64,000 bases of DNA from Candidatus Wolfebacteria bacterium RIFOXYD12_FULL_48_21 (GCA_001793945.1 MGIW01000006.1:70179-134178); one strand, 5' to 3'; numbered from the stretch's first letter, positions 48,607 to 59,108 are shown. Translations and numbers: made by a program. The notes: generated from the letters alone by a model not told the origin.

Positions 48607-49560
48607 ATGAGAAAGAGCCGAATTATACTTCTTATCCTATTCATATCCCTTTCATTTGCGGTATTCAAGGCAATGGGAGAAGAAGGAAACCATTATATCG
48701 TCGATCAGACTGCCGTCGTGAAAGATAGCATTTCCGATGCGGGGTCCAATTGGTCACCGATCATTGTTACCGAGGGCGTTGCCCCTGAGCTTGCTGCGCA
48801 GGGTGCTTTTGTGTCTCCTGTTGCCGCAGACATAGATCAACCGTGCGGAGCCGGTGTGGGCATGCGGGAAGGCCTTATGAGCTATCTTAACAGTGATGAA
48901 GTTCTTTTTGAACGGAAGACAGATGGCCGATGGCCTATCGCATCGATTACCAAGCTAATGACCGCCATCGTTGCGACCGAGCTGGGCATGGCTAAGCAGG
49001 ATTTTACATTGACGGATGCAATGGTCAAGACCGAGGGGGATGCCGGCGGTTTTAAAATGGGAGAGCTGTTTACGGGATACGACTTACTTGCGGCTATGTT
49101 GTTGTCATCGAGCAACGATGCCGCGGAGGCATTCGCACAGTCCTATGGCAGGGATGCATTCATTCGGCGCATGAATGTAAAGGCGCAGGAGCTGCGCATG
49201 TTGAGTACTCACTATGTCGATCCATCGGGCTTGTCTCCGTTGAATCAATCGACCCCGAGCGATCTGTATAAATTGGCAGGGTATCTGCACGCGACCCACC
49301 CGGATATTTTGAAGGTTTCCCGCCAACGCAAGGCGACAATCGTCGATCTAAACACAAACCGCAAGCGCATCGTTACCACTATCAATGAGTTTGCCGGGCA
49401 GGCGACATTTCTTGGAGGAAAGACGGGCTACATCGTCGAAGCCGAAGGGAATGGAAATCTGCTCTCCGTATTCATGCATAATGGCCAACCGTTCACGCTC
49501 ATCGTTCTGGGGAGCCCCGATCGATTTGGCGAAACAAAAACACTGCTCAAATGTATCTGA
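48607..49560 (+). CDS. D-alanyl-D-alanine carboxypeptidase (peptidase S11)
   Basis: ASITKLMT (SxxK), SSN, GKTG. Confidence 0.9.
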   Translation: MRKSRIILLILFISLSFAVFKAMGEEGNHYIVDQTAVVKDSISDAGSNWSPIIVTEGVAPELAAQGAFVSPVAADIDQPCGAGVGMREGLMSYLNSDEVLFERKTDGRWPIASITKLMTAIVATELGMAKQDFTLTDAMVKTEGDAGGFKMGELFTGYDLLAAMLLSSSNDAAEAFAQSYGRDAFIRRMNVKAQELRMLSTHYVDPSGLSPLNQSTPSDLYKLAGYLHATHPDILKVSRQRKATIVDLNTNRKRIVTTINEFAGQATFLGGKTGYIVEAEGNGNLLSVFMHNGQPFTLIVLGSPDRFGETKTLLKCI

Positions 49561-50630
49561 CACACGCATTCCTTATCGTAAAGTTTCTTAGTTTTTTTAT
49601 GGCATCGTTTCTCGTCGCCATTTTGTTTGCTCCGGTATTGATCCATTTTCTCTATAAATACAAGGCGTGGAAAAAGAAGCCAAAAGAACTGTCTATCGGC
49701 GGTTATGCCACGCCGATCTTTCAGAAGTTTCACGCAAAGAAAGAAGTGACCACGCCGCGCATGGGTGGTATTTTGATATGGGGGACCGTGCTGGTAATAG
49801 CCATGCTCGACCTCATTTTGGTGCAGGTACTTCCGTATCCGCTTTCTGAACAAGTCAATTTCCTGAGCCGTTCGCAAACATGGCTTCCGTTGTTTACTTT
49901 GATCGCCGCTTCGCTGCTTGGCTTGGTCGACGATGTCATGACGGTACGCAATAGCGGAAATTATGTCAGTGGAGGTCTGCGCTTTAAATGGCGATTGGCC
50001 ATCGTTTGTTTGATCGCATTCGTGGGCGCGTGGTGGTTCCATTTCAAGCTCGGCTGGAGCAGTATCTACATTCCGTTTCATGGCAATATCGAGATCGATG
50101 GATTGTATATGGTGCTGTTCGTGTTGACGATGTTAGCTACATTTTCGAGTGGCGTCGTGGATGGGCTCGACGGATTATCAGCGGGCGTTCTGACTCCCAT
50201 CTTTATATCCTTTGGCGTCATTGCCTATTCGCGCGGATTGTATGATCTGGTAACCTTGATCGTGGTCATCGTCGGGGCGATGCTGACCTACCTGTGGTAC
50301 AATGTTCCGCCTGCAAAGTTTTATATGGGCGAGACGGGCATCCTCGGACTTACGGCAGTGCTTGCCGTGATCGCGTTTCTGACTAACTCGGTCGTACTGC
50401 TTCCGATCATTGGCATCGTGCTCGTCATTGAATCGTTGTCCGTCATCATTCAGCTAATGTCAAAAAAATTGCGCCACGGGAAAAAAGTATTTCTTGCTGC
50501 TCCAATCCATCATCACTTTGAAGCATTGGGGTGGAGCGAGGCGCAGATAACCATGCGCTTCTGGCTGTTGTCTGCGATCTTTTCCGGTTTGGGTTTGATC
50601 CTATACTTTTTGAGCAAGTTCCTGTATTAA
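49551..50630 (+). CDS. mraY: Phospho-N-acetylmuramoyl-pentapeptide transferase
   Basis: TPRMGG, DGLDGL, FYMGETG, APIHHHFE. Confidence 0.93.
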   Translation: MYLTHAFLIVKFLSFFMASFLVAILFAPVLIHFLYKYKAWKKKPKELSIGGYATPIFQKFHAKKEVTTPRMGGILIWGTVLVIAMLDLILVQVLPYPLSEQVNFLSRSQTWLPLFTLIAASLLGLVDDVMTVRNSGNYVSGGLRFKWRLAIVCLIAFVGAWWFHFKLGWSSIYIPFHGNIEIDGLYMVLFVLTMLATFSSGVVDGLDGLSAGVLTPIFISFGVIAYSRGLYDLVTLIVVIVGAMLTYLWYNVPPAKFYMGETGILGLTAVLAVIAFLTNSVVLLPIIGIVLVIESLSVIIQLMSKKLRHGKKVFLAAPIHHHFEALGWSEAQITMRFWLLSAIFSGLGLILYFLSKFLY

Positions 50631-50674
50631 TGGAAAACAATAAACGGTCCGCCAGATGGCGGACCGTTTATTGT

Positions 50675-51130
50675 TCATATGTCTATACCCTTGGTTCGAT
50701 AGAATTCGGTCAGATACTGCTTGAGGTCGGCCCGTTCGGATTCGCTTTCGATGATGTGGTAGGCAATAGACAGTTCGTCCGGCTTATCGACGACCTGTGG
50801 AAACGGGGACCGATCCACACCGATGATTGTTTCGATAATATCCTTTCGGATGTTTGTGGAAGATCCAATATAAAATGGTTTGTTCGCGCAGAGGACTACA
50901 TAGACTCCCGGCTTTGCATCCATGGCAAGGATCGTTTTGAGCGATAGGTTTGCCATCCCCTGGGGGGAGCGGCCGATGTCGAGGTAACCGTTCTTTCGTA
51001 GGCGTTCTATATGATAGGAAACCGTGTTTGTCGACGACACTCCGATCTGGCGGGCTATTTCGCGAAACGAAGGAAGTGCCCCACCATTCTTTTCAAAGAT
51101 ATCCAGTATTTGTTTTTGCGCTTTGGTCAT
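50675..51130 (-). CDS. LexA DNA-binding domain fused to a degenerate GIY-YIG domain
   Basis: PSFREIA..IGVSSTNTVSYHIERLRKNGYL plus PGVYVV...FYIGSS.N. Confidence 0.75.
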   Translation of the reverse strand: MTKAQKQILDIFEKNGGALPSFREIARQIGVSSTNTVSYHIERLRKNGYLDIGRSPQGMANLSLKTILAMDAKPGVYVVLCANKPFYIGSSTNIRKDIIETIIGVDRSPFPQVVDKPDELSIAYHIIESESERADLKQYLTEFYRTKGIDI

Positions 51131-51143
51131 GATGAAAATAAAT

Positions 51144-51216
51144 TAGAACGCGGATAGAACAATAAAACATGAGCAGTATTCAATGCATTTATTCTACTAT
51201 AGAACAATTATAGAAC
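51144..51216. promoter_or_regulatory. Two candidate LexA operators TAGAAC-N5-TAGAAC
   Basis: 51144-51160 and 51200-51216, upstream of the LexA-domain gene. Confidence 0.65.
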
Positions 51217-52179
51217 ACTGGTAATCCATAGTCAATTATTACTCAACTTACGCTTATATCGAATGAATTCAAGCGGCGATAATAAACACGGCAAATCATG
51301 TGCTAATTCGTTAGCAGCCCCTTCTGTCATCCCGAGTGCAATGTAGCGAAGCGGAGTGAAATCGAGGGATCTGTAGTTGTGGATGACAGTATGTTCCTTC
51401 CTCAGCCATGCGGACTGAATGCTCAGGAATGACAATACGGACTAAGTTAATTTGGGCTGGGTATTTTTCTCTCCTTGTTATGTTGTACTACGACACCGCA
51501 TCCAATGTACTTTGTGTAAAGTAGTACTATCGCAGAAAACGCTGGACCCCGGCCTTTGACTTGGCGTTGCTATCGACCCGCCTTAGCGGAAGTGTGCAAT
51601 GTGCCGAAATGCCTGCGGAGCATTTGTTCTTACGCAAAGCAGGCCGCCGGGGTGACAACTTTTTTTATAGTATTATTTTCTCGTAATGCCATCCCAGAAT
51701 TGTCATTCCCGCGAAGCCTGTCCTCGACCCGATCGGGGAACGGTAATTTAAAGTCCGAATGCTTAGCTGTCATTACTGCAGAAAGCACCGGGCCCCTGCC
51801 TATGCAAAGCCCGCTCATGCGGACCGCGTGGCGAGCTCCGTGTGGGTGATAAAAAAGGCGTGCCGGTGTTGTATATCTTATTTTGTTGCCCTATACTAAA
51901 GATAGTATTTTATTGTGCACATGGGTAAACCTGTCTTCGTTGCCTATCGGCAACATCGGCAAGGTGCAACAATTCCATATAGGAATTCTTACATTCTTCT
52001 TGCGTGGAATACGGGGTTCGTTCGACGACCGATTTAAGGGTTTTATTTTTCTTTACGCGTATCGACCGATTGGGTCGTTTTTTTATCCCCACATTAATCA
52101 TCGATCCATGTAATTTTCAAAGCTGTTTTTATAGGCTTCACATTTGTCCGGTTGTCTTCTATACTGCCTGTATCGTTTT

Positions 52180-52250
52180 GCGGGATTAGTTCAGTGGTAG
52201 AATGATAGCTTCCCAAGCTGTAGGCGCGGGTTCGATTCCCGTATCCCGCT
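52180..52250 (+). tRNA. tRNA-Gly (anticodon CCC), CCA not encoded
   Basis: Acceptor GCGGGAT/ATCCCGC, anticodon arm ATAGC-TTCCCAA-GCTGT, T-loop GGTTCGATTCC. Confidence 0.95.
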
Positions 52251-52356
52251 CAAAATATGTTTTAAATATCGTTTGACAGTGCGCAATAAAGAGTGTTAGC
52301 TTGGAGTAGTTTTTATTTTACATATACATATATCCATAGAAAGAGGGGGCGTAGGC

Positions 52357-52965
52357 ATGTCGATCATCAAGCCGGAAAGTAGGGCGTTTCGTATTGTTTC
52401 AGGCGAGCACAAAGGAAAGCGTTGCGTTATTCGAGTGGATAAGGCCGGCGATCATGTCGGAATCGTTTTTGCTGACGGTAAAAGTAATACAGCAATTCTT
52501 GTGCGGGTGGGAAGACTGGCAGAATTGGAAACTCCCGGTTGGCCCGATGAGAACCATGAGCGTTCATACGGTCTTCGCGAATATTGCGAGAGGAAAAAGA
52601 GCAACGGTTCAAACATGTTGTACACGCCGACAATCTCCCAGCCACGGGCGCTTATGCCGGGAGATATTTTAACGGGCAGTGGTGAGGTCGTAGTTGAAGC
52701 TCCGCGCAGAGGGTTTAATAGCTCTGTCCTTATTCGTCTTGATAAAACCGGCTGGGTGGAATTGGCTCCTCGACTTCCGATTGCCCTGCACAGCAATAAG
52801 CGATTCAGATTTCCGGATGAGCTGGCTGAGGGTAATAAGCTGGCGACAGGTTGCTTGATTATCGGAAAGCCATATTCGCCGAAGGTCAACTGGACCACGA
52901 TCTGCTTGGATTGGGAGGGTTGTGAAATAGAGGTTCCTTCCTGCATCCCTTTGGCATTGCGATAA
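52357..52965 (+). CDS. Hypothetical protein
   Basis: 202-aa ORF with an RBS-like G-rich leader and a downstream terminator. Confidence 0.6.
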   Translation: MSIIKPESRAFRIVSGEHKGKRCVIRVDKAGDHVGIVFADGKSNTAILVRVGRLAELETPGWPDENHERSYGLREYCERKKSNGSNMLYTPTISQPRALMPGDILTGSGEVVVEAPRRGFNSSVLIRLDKTGWVELAPRLPIALHSNKRFRFPDELAEGNKLATGCLIIGKPYSPKVNWTTICLDWEGCEIEVPSCIPLALR

Positions 52966-53187
52966 TCCCTTTGCGTTTTAGGGCAAAGCCCGGTGGTCAC
53001 CTTTGTAGGGTGTGCCACTGGGCTTTTTTTTATTGCAGTATCTCGGCTATTTTGAAGGGTTTTCGCCCCTCTGAGCTACTGGCTTTTTGGGCTTGTTTTT
53101 GCTATCATAATGGTAATGGATTCTCGCCTCTGCGGGAATGACAGAACTTACATAAGTGCCAGATAATGGCCTTTTATTTTCTAAGAC

Positions 53188-56100
53188 ATGGCGAAAAAAG
53201 CAGAAAACATAGAAGAAGAGAAGCCTCGGAAAGCGGCTGTTAAAAAGTTGGACGAACCGACCGACAACAGGGGAAGTGCTTCGTATAGCGCGAAGGATAT
53301 TCAGGTACTTGAAGGATTGGAGCCGGTGCGCAAGCGCCCCGGTATGTATATCGGCTCGACCGGCGAACAGGGATTGCACCATTTGATCTGGGAGGTGTTC
53401 GATAACTCGCTCGATGAAGCCATGGCGGGTTATGCCAAGAGCATTAAGGTGGAACTGTTGAAAGACGGTACGGTTACGGTGGCCGACGATGGGCGCGGTA
53501 TTCCTGTAGACATTCATCCGAAGACAAAAAAGTCCGCACTCGAAACCGCGGCTACTACATTGCATGCGGGTGGCAAGTTTGATGGCGACTCGTACAAGGT
53601 GTCTGGCGGTCTGCACGGCGTGGGCCTTTCGGTTGTAAACGCACTTTCGACATGGATGAAGATCGAGGTGTGCAAAGAGGGCACGATGTACGCACAGGAG
53701 TATAAGATTGGTAAACCGCAGTATGATGTAAAGAAGGTGGGCAAGTGCGCGGCCAACGGAACAAAGGTTTCGTTCAGGCCGGACGGATCCATTTTTTCCG
53801 TGCTCGAATTTGATCGCAAGGAGATTGTGAGCCATTTGCGTCGACAGGCATTTCTGACCAAGGGTATCCGCATCGAGATCATCGATGATCGCGAGGATCT
53901 TCCATTCTACTACTCCTTTTATTTTGAAGGGGGACTTATTTCGTTCGTTCGCTATGCAAACCGCAATCACAACCCTGTTCATAAGGAGACCTTTTATGCG
54001 CATAAAAGCTACGAAGGTATCGAGGTTGAGTCGGCATTCATCTATAACGATGATCCCGATGCTCGTGAGCTTAGTTTTGCTAATAATGTATACACCCCTG
54101 ACGGTGGTATGCATGTGACCGGATTCCGCACGGCGTTGACGCGCGCATTAAATGAATTCGCGCGGAGTATTAATGCATTGAAAGGAACGGAAGAAAACTT
54201 GACCGGCGACGATGTGCGCGAGGGTATTACAGCGATCATTTCCGTGAAGTTGCGCGATCCGCAATTTGAAGGGCAGACCAAGGCCCGCCTGGGAACACCG
54301 GCGGCACGCGGAGCGGTGGAGTCCGTACTTTCCGAAGCACTGAAGGAATACTTTGAAAAATATTCGGGCGATGGCAAAGCAATCATTGAAAAATGTATCT
54401 TGGCCCAGAAGGCCCGCAAAGCCGCGAAAGCCGCAAAAGATACCGTATTGCGCAAAGGCATGCTCGAGGGTATGACTCTGCCGGGGAAGCTTGCCGATTG
54501 TTCCAGCCGCAAGGCTGCCGATTCCGAACTGTATATCGTGGAGGGAGACTCTGCGGGTGGCTGTTTTTTTGGAAAAACAGAAGTTGCGTTGATCGATGGA
54601 AGAAACATTTCTTTTGAAGAACTTGTCGAGGAGGATAAGCAGGGAAAGCAAAATTATTGCTATACCATTAAGGATGATGGGCATATCGGCATTGCCCCGA
54701 TATTGCATCCAAGAATCACAAAAACAAACGCGTCCGTCGTTAAGGTTATTTTGGATACGGACACGGAGCTTATCTGTACCCCGGACCATTTATTTAGGTT
54801 GGTTGATGGTTCGTATATCCCGGCAGTCGAACTTACTTCTGATCATAGTATCGCGCCTTTGTATAGAGAATTATCAAAAAGAGAAGGCAGGAGTACGCTG
54901 GAGGGTTATGAGATGGTTTTTGACCCTATGTCAAAGAGATGGATATATACGCATGTTTTAGCCGATATGTATAACCTCAGAAATGAGGTTTATGGTGCTT
55001 CCGCCGGGAAGTACAGGCACCACAAGGATTTTAATAAGTTAAATAACAATCCGGAAAATATACAACGGTTACCTCGAGAACAACACATGCAAGTGCATTG
55101 TGATCATCTTGAACATACCCTACATCGTCCTGATATAAAAATAAAATCCACAGAAGCGAAAAGAACCAAAGAATTCAGGGAATTGGCACGCAACAAATCA
55201 TTAGAAAAGAGCGGGTTATTCAGGGCCAATGCAAAAAAGCAATGGGAGAGCGAAGCGTACAAGGCATTCATGACCGCAAAATTCCTGGAATTCTATTATT
55301 CGAATGATGGGTATCGAAAGAAGAATAATGAGCGGTTGAATGCGGTGCAGCGGGAATATTGGAGCAATGAAGAAAATCGGAGCAGGCAGGCCGAGCGGGT
55401 AAAAAACCATTTTGAATCACATCCGGAGCGAAAGGTGCTGCTTTCCGAAATGGCCAAGGCACAATGGCAGGATTCCGTTCTGCTGGATTGGAGGAAGAGT
55501 AAGACCAGCGAGCAGTGGACTACGGACTTTAGGCAGAAGCGAAAAGAATCTTACGGCAAGATGTATCTGGAAAAAGCATTGCGAACATTGCATGGGATCT
55601 ATAAAACAAAACATACCGTTGATAAGGATAGTTATAATGCAATCCGAAAAGAGACGAACGATAAGAGTCTGATCAAATACGAAACGATTTGCCAAAGATT
55701 CTTTAGTGGCGACGAGCGCAAGCTGGAGGATGCGGTTATGCATTACAATCATCGCATAAAGGCAGTGGTCCCGATGGAGGAAACTTTCGATGTGTATGAT
55801 ATCGAAGTTCCGGAAACGCATAACTTTGCCTTGGCGGCGGGTATATTTGTTCATAACAGTGCTAAGCAGGGTCGTGATCGCCGGTTCCAGGCCATTCTTC
55901 CGCTCAAGGGAAAGATATTGAATGTCGAGCGCGCGCGCCTCGACAAGATGCTCGTCAATAATGAAATCAAATCATTGGTCATCGCGCTCGGCACTGCCAT
56001 TTCCGATAGCTTTGATATCGAGAAGTTACGGTACCATAAAGTGGTCATCATGACCGACGCCGATACTGACGGAGCACACATTCGAACATTGTTATTGACT

Positions 56101-56487
56101 TTGTTCTATCGTTTCTTCCGTCCGGTGATTGATGGAGGATTCTTGTACATTGCGCAGCCGCCATTGTTCCGCCTACAGCTTGGCAAGGATGTACGGTATG
56201 TGTACACGCCCGAGCAAAAAGACAAGGCCGTTGCGGAAATGACCGCCGGTAAAAAAGCGGAATCGAATGTCAATGTCCAGCGTTATAAGGGTCTTGGTGA
56301 AATGAACCCCGACCAGCTTTGGGAAACGACCATGAATCCGGAGTTTAGAACATTGCTTCAGGTTGAGATCGACGACGCAGAGGAGGCTGATCGGTTGTTT
56401 GAGATCTTGATGGGCGATGAGGTTGCACCCCGCAAGCAGTTCATCCAGTCGAATGCGACATTGGTTAAAAATCTCGACATAACCTAA
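53188..56487 (+). CDS. gyrB: DNA gyrase subunit B with intein
   Basis: RKRPGMYIG, DDGRGIP, VEGDSAGG|intein|SAKQGR, PLKGKILN, RYKGLGEM. Confidence 0.97.
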   Translation: MAKKAENIEEEKPRKAAVKKLDEPTDNRGSASYSAKDIQVLEGLEPVRKRPGMYIGSTGEQGLHHLIWEVFDNSLDEAMAGYAKSIKVELLKDGTVTVADDGRGIPVDIHPKTKKSALETAATTLHAGGKFDGDSYKVSGGLHGVGLSVVNALSTWMKIEVCKEGTMYAQEYKIGKPQYDVKKVGKCAANGTKVSFRPDGSIFSVLEFDRKEIVSHLRRQAFLTKGIRIEIIDDREDLPFYYSFYFEGGLISFVRYANRNHNPVHKETFYAHKSYEGIEVESAFIYNDDPDARELSFANNVYTPDGGMHVTGFRTALTRALNEFARSINALKGTEENLTGDDVREGITAIISVKLRDPQFEGQTKARLGTPAARGAVESVLSEALKEYFEKYSGDGKAIIEKCILAQKARKAAKAAKDTVLRKGMLEGMTLPGKLADCSSRKAADSELYIVEGDSAGGCFFGKTEVALIDGRNISFEELVEEDKQGKQNYCYTIKDDGHIGIAPILHPRITKTNASVVKVILDTDTELICTPDHLFRLVDGSYIPAVELTSDHSIAPLYRELSKREGRSTLEGYEMVFDPMSKRWIYTHVLADMYNLRNEVYGASAGKYRHHKDFNKLNNNPENIQRLPREQHMQVHCDHLEHTLHRPDIKIKSTEAKRTKEFRELARNKSLEKSGLFRANAKKQWESEAYKAFMTAKFLEFYYSNDGYRKKNNERLNAVQREYWSNEENRSRQAERVKNHFESHPERKVLLSEMAKAQWQDSVLLDWRKSKTSEQWTTDFRQKRKESYGKMYLEKALRTLHGIYKTKHTVDKDSYNAIRKETNDKSLIKYETICQRFFSGDERKLEDAVMHYNHRIKAVVPMEETFDVYDIEVPETHNFALAAGIFVHNSAKQGRDRRFQAILPLKGKILNVERARLDKMLVNNEIKSLVIALGTAISDSFDIEKLRYHKVVIMTDADTDGAHIRTLLLTLFYRFFRPVIDGGFLYIAQPPLFRLQLGKDVRYVYTPEQKDKAVAEMTAGKKAESNVNVQRYKGLGEMNPDQLWETTMNPEFRTLLQVEIDDAEEADRLFEILMGDEVAPRKQFIQSNATLVKNLDIT
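54562..55857 (+). mobile_element. Intein (432 aa) with HNH homing endonuclease motif
   Basis: Starts CFFGKT, block B TPDHLF, HHKDFNKLNN..EN, ends VYDIEV..THNF...VHN followed by Ser+1. Confidence 0.93.
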
Positions 56488-56650
56488 GTAGGATGTCATC
56501 CCGAGCTTGTCGAGGGATCTGTAGTGCAGATTCCTCGGCTCCACAGAGTACTGCTCCGCTCGGAATGACAGAGGAGCGAGTGCCTTTAAAATCCTTGCAT
56601 TTTCTCAAGGTTTAGTGTATGGTAATTACTGTCTAACTTATTATATTCTT

Positions 56651-56836
56651 ATGTTTTCACGTCTTACTTCGTATTTTCAGGAAGCACAGCTCGAATTCAA
56701 GCGGGTCAACTGGCCAACCCGGCAGGAGACCATTCGATTAACCGGCATGGTTATCGGACTTTCGCTCATATTCGCCGTCTTTTTGGGTGTATTGGATATG
56801 GTGTTTAATTACATACTCGTCCATTACTTCATCTAA
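56651..56836 (+). CDS. secE: Preprotein translocase subunit SecE
   Basis: EFKRVNWPTRQE plus TM, upstream of nusG. Confidence 0.93.
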   Translation: MFSRLTSYFQEAQLEFKRVNWPTRQETIRLTGMVIGLSLIFAVFLGVLDMVFNYILVHYFI

Positions 56837-56873
56837 TTAGGAATTGCGCGTAGCGCATTAATGCACATTATTC

Positions 56874-57470
56874 ATGACTGAAACAACATCACAACCGACT
56901 TCGGAAAAGAAGGCTGAGAAGAAAAAGGAACTTTCCCAAAAAGGGGAGCGACATTGGTATGCCGTGCACACCTATTCCGGCTACGAAGATGCCGTTGCGC
57001 GTTATTTGAAACAACGCGTCGATTCTTTGGAAATGGATGACAAGATTTTTAATGTTGTCGTTCCCAAGGAAAAGAGCATCAAGATCAAAAACGGAAAGCG
57101 CAAGGAAGTCGAGGAAAAGATTTATCCCGGGTATGTGCTTGTCGACATGATTATGGGCGAAGACTCATGGTATGTTGTGCGCAATACGCCGCGCGTTACC
57201 GGTTTTGTCGGATCGGATTCTACCGAGCCGACGCCGTTGTCGAAAGAAGAGGTTGATTTTCTGCTCGCCCGCATGGAAGGCGGCGAGAAGAAAATTACTT
57301 TGGATTATGTCGTTGGCGATATCGTAAAGATTACCGACGGACCGTTCAAAGACTACGAAGGAAAGATTTCCGACATCGATCAGGAGCATGCAAAGATCAA
57401 GGTGCTTGTGCCGATCTTCGGACGAGAGACTGCAGTCGAATTGGATTCATTGCAGTTGCAGAAAATATAA
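56874..57470 (+). CDS. nusG: Transcription factor NusG
   Basis: WYAVHTYSGYE, YPGYVLV, KOW motif GPFKD...IFGRET. Confidence 0.97.
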   Translation: MTETTSQPTSEKKAEKKKELSQKGERHWYAVHTYSGYEDAVARYLKQRVDSLEMDDKIFNVVVPKEKSIKIKNGKRKEVEEKIYPGYVLVDMIMGEDSWYVVRNTPRVTGFVGSDSTEPTPLSKEEVDFLLARMEGGEKKITLDYVVGDIVKITDGPFKDYEGKISDIDQEHAKIKVLVPIFGRETAVELDSLQLQKI

Positions 57471-57577
57471 GCGCGAATCAAGAAGCATGAATCATGAATA
57501 ATGAATGAATGCGGATGAGATTCTTGACATATTCCTTACCATAATTCATTATTCAGTATTCATAACTCATATACAGT

Positions 57578-58003
57578 ATGGCAAAAGCAATCAAAACTAT
57601 AGTAAAGCTTCAAATCCCGGGTGGCGCGGCAAATCCTGCTCCTCCGATTGGTCCGGCGTTGGGTCAGCACGGCGTGAATATCGCGCAGTTCTGCCAGCAG
57701 TTCAATGAGGCGACCAAAGATATGGTCGGAAGCATCATTCCTGCGGAGATTAATATCTATGAAGATCGAACCTTCGACTTCAAGTTGAAGACCCCCCCGG
57801 CGTCCGATCTGTTGCGCAAAGCGGCAGGCGTCGCAAAGGGATCGGCAAATCCATTGAAGATCAAAGTAGGAACCGTTACCGAGGCGCAGGTGCTCGAGAT
57901 TGCCGAAAAGAAGATGGTGGATCTTAACACCGAGAACGTCGAACAGGCGGCCAAGATCATCAAGGGTGCAGCCCGATCGATGGGAATCACGATTACGGAA
58001 TAA
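57578..58003 (+). CDS. rplK: 50S ribosomal protein L11
   Basis: [30 protein letters not shown]. Confidence 0.98.
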   Translation: MAKAIKTIVKLQIPGGAANPAPPIGPALGQHGVNIAQFCQQFNEATKDMVGSIIPAEINIYEDRTFDFKLKTPPASDLLRKAAGVAKGSANPLKIKVGTVTEAQVLEIAEKKMVDLNTENVEQAAKIIKGAARSMGITITE

Positions 58004-58327
58004 AATAGCTCGTAAGCTCGTCAGCCGGGGTTAGCTCGTAAGCGAGAATGCGGGATGCAGAAAAAGAGGCGCATGCGCCTCTTTTTTGGTAACAAGGGTT
58101 GTTATTCTCGGCTCAGGCCCCGTATCGTGGTACGGGTCCGCCAGCCGGCGGATCCGGCGGGAATCTGGGGCCTGTGTCATTCCGGCGGAGGCCGGAATCC
58201 ATTTCAACCTCGTGCGGAACGCACAATTATAGATGCGCGTGTCGCGCAAAGGTGGAAGTGGATCCCGGGTTAAGCCCGGGATGACAATCTTCTGTGAACT
58301 GTGAACTATTTTCTGTATACTATAGCT

Positions 58328-59059
58328 ATGGATATCAAAGGAAAGACAGTATTCATCACTGGTGGGGCGACGGGCATCGGACTGGAAACTGCGAAAAAAT
58401 TCATCGCCGAAGGTGCGAATGTGGTCATTTATTCCCATGGCGCGACAAGCTCGGAAGCGATGTCGCTTCCTGTCGATCGTGCATTAGTCATAGAAGGGGA
58501 TGTATGCGATCGAGCACAAGTTGCCCTTGCTATTGCGGAAGCAAAGAAGCGTTTTGGCGGCATCGATGTGCTTATCAACAATGCGGGCGTTGCCCAGCGC
58601 AAGCGATTTACTGATACGACGGAAGCCGAGTGGCAAAACATGGTCAATGTGAACCTGGCCGGCATGTTTATTGTTACGCAGGAGGTTTTGAAGATCATGG
58701 ATACTGGCGTTGTGGAAACCGATCATGACGGTTGCACTGTGAAGCGAACGAGCATCATCAATATTTCATCGGGGGCGGGACTCTTTGGCATTCCCGAGCT
58801 TGCCGTGTATTCGGCGACCAAGGCCGGCGTGATCGCGTTTACGCAGGCGTTGTCGGCCGAGCTGGTACAGTCGGGCATCGATGTGATCACTATTACTCCC
58901 GGATCAGTAGGAACGGATATGTTCAAAGAACTGTTCAAGGGCACAGAGGCGCATCATACACCCGCAGATGTCGCGGAAGTAATTTATAAGACGGTCACCG
59001 GGGAAATGAAGCCGGATAACCGTCTGATCGTGGATTCGTTCTATCACCAAAGGGTATAA
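58328..59059 (+). CDS. Short-chain dehydrogenase/reductase
   Basis: TGGATGIG, NNAG, YSATK. Confidence 0.93.
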   Translation: MDIKGKTVFITGGATGIGLETAKKFIAEGANVVIYSHGATSSEAMSLPVDRALVIEGDVCDRAQVALAIAEAKKRFGGIDVLINNAGVAQRKRFTDTTEAEWQNMVNVNLAGMFIVTQEVLKIMDTGVVETDHDGCTVKRTSIINISSGAGLFGIPELAVYSATKAGVIAFTQALSAELVQSGIDVITITPGSVGTDMFKELFKGTEAHHTPADVAEVIYKTVTGEMKPDNRLIVDSFYHQRV

Positions 59060-59108
59060 GGGCAGTGACATGGATGACTGCGACAAGAGTCAGAGAAATT
59101 CTGAAATA

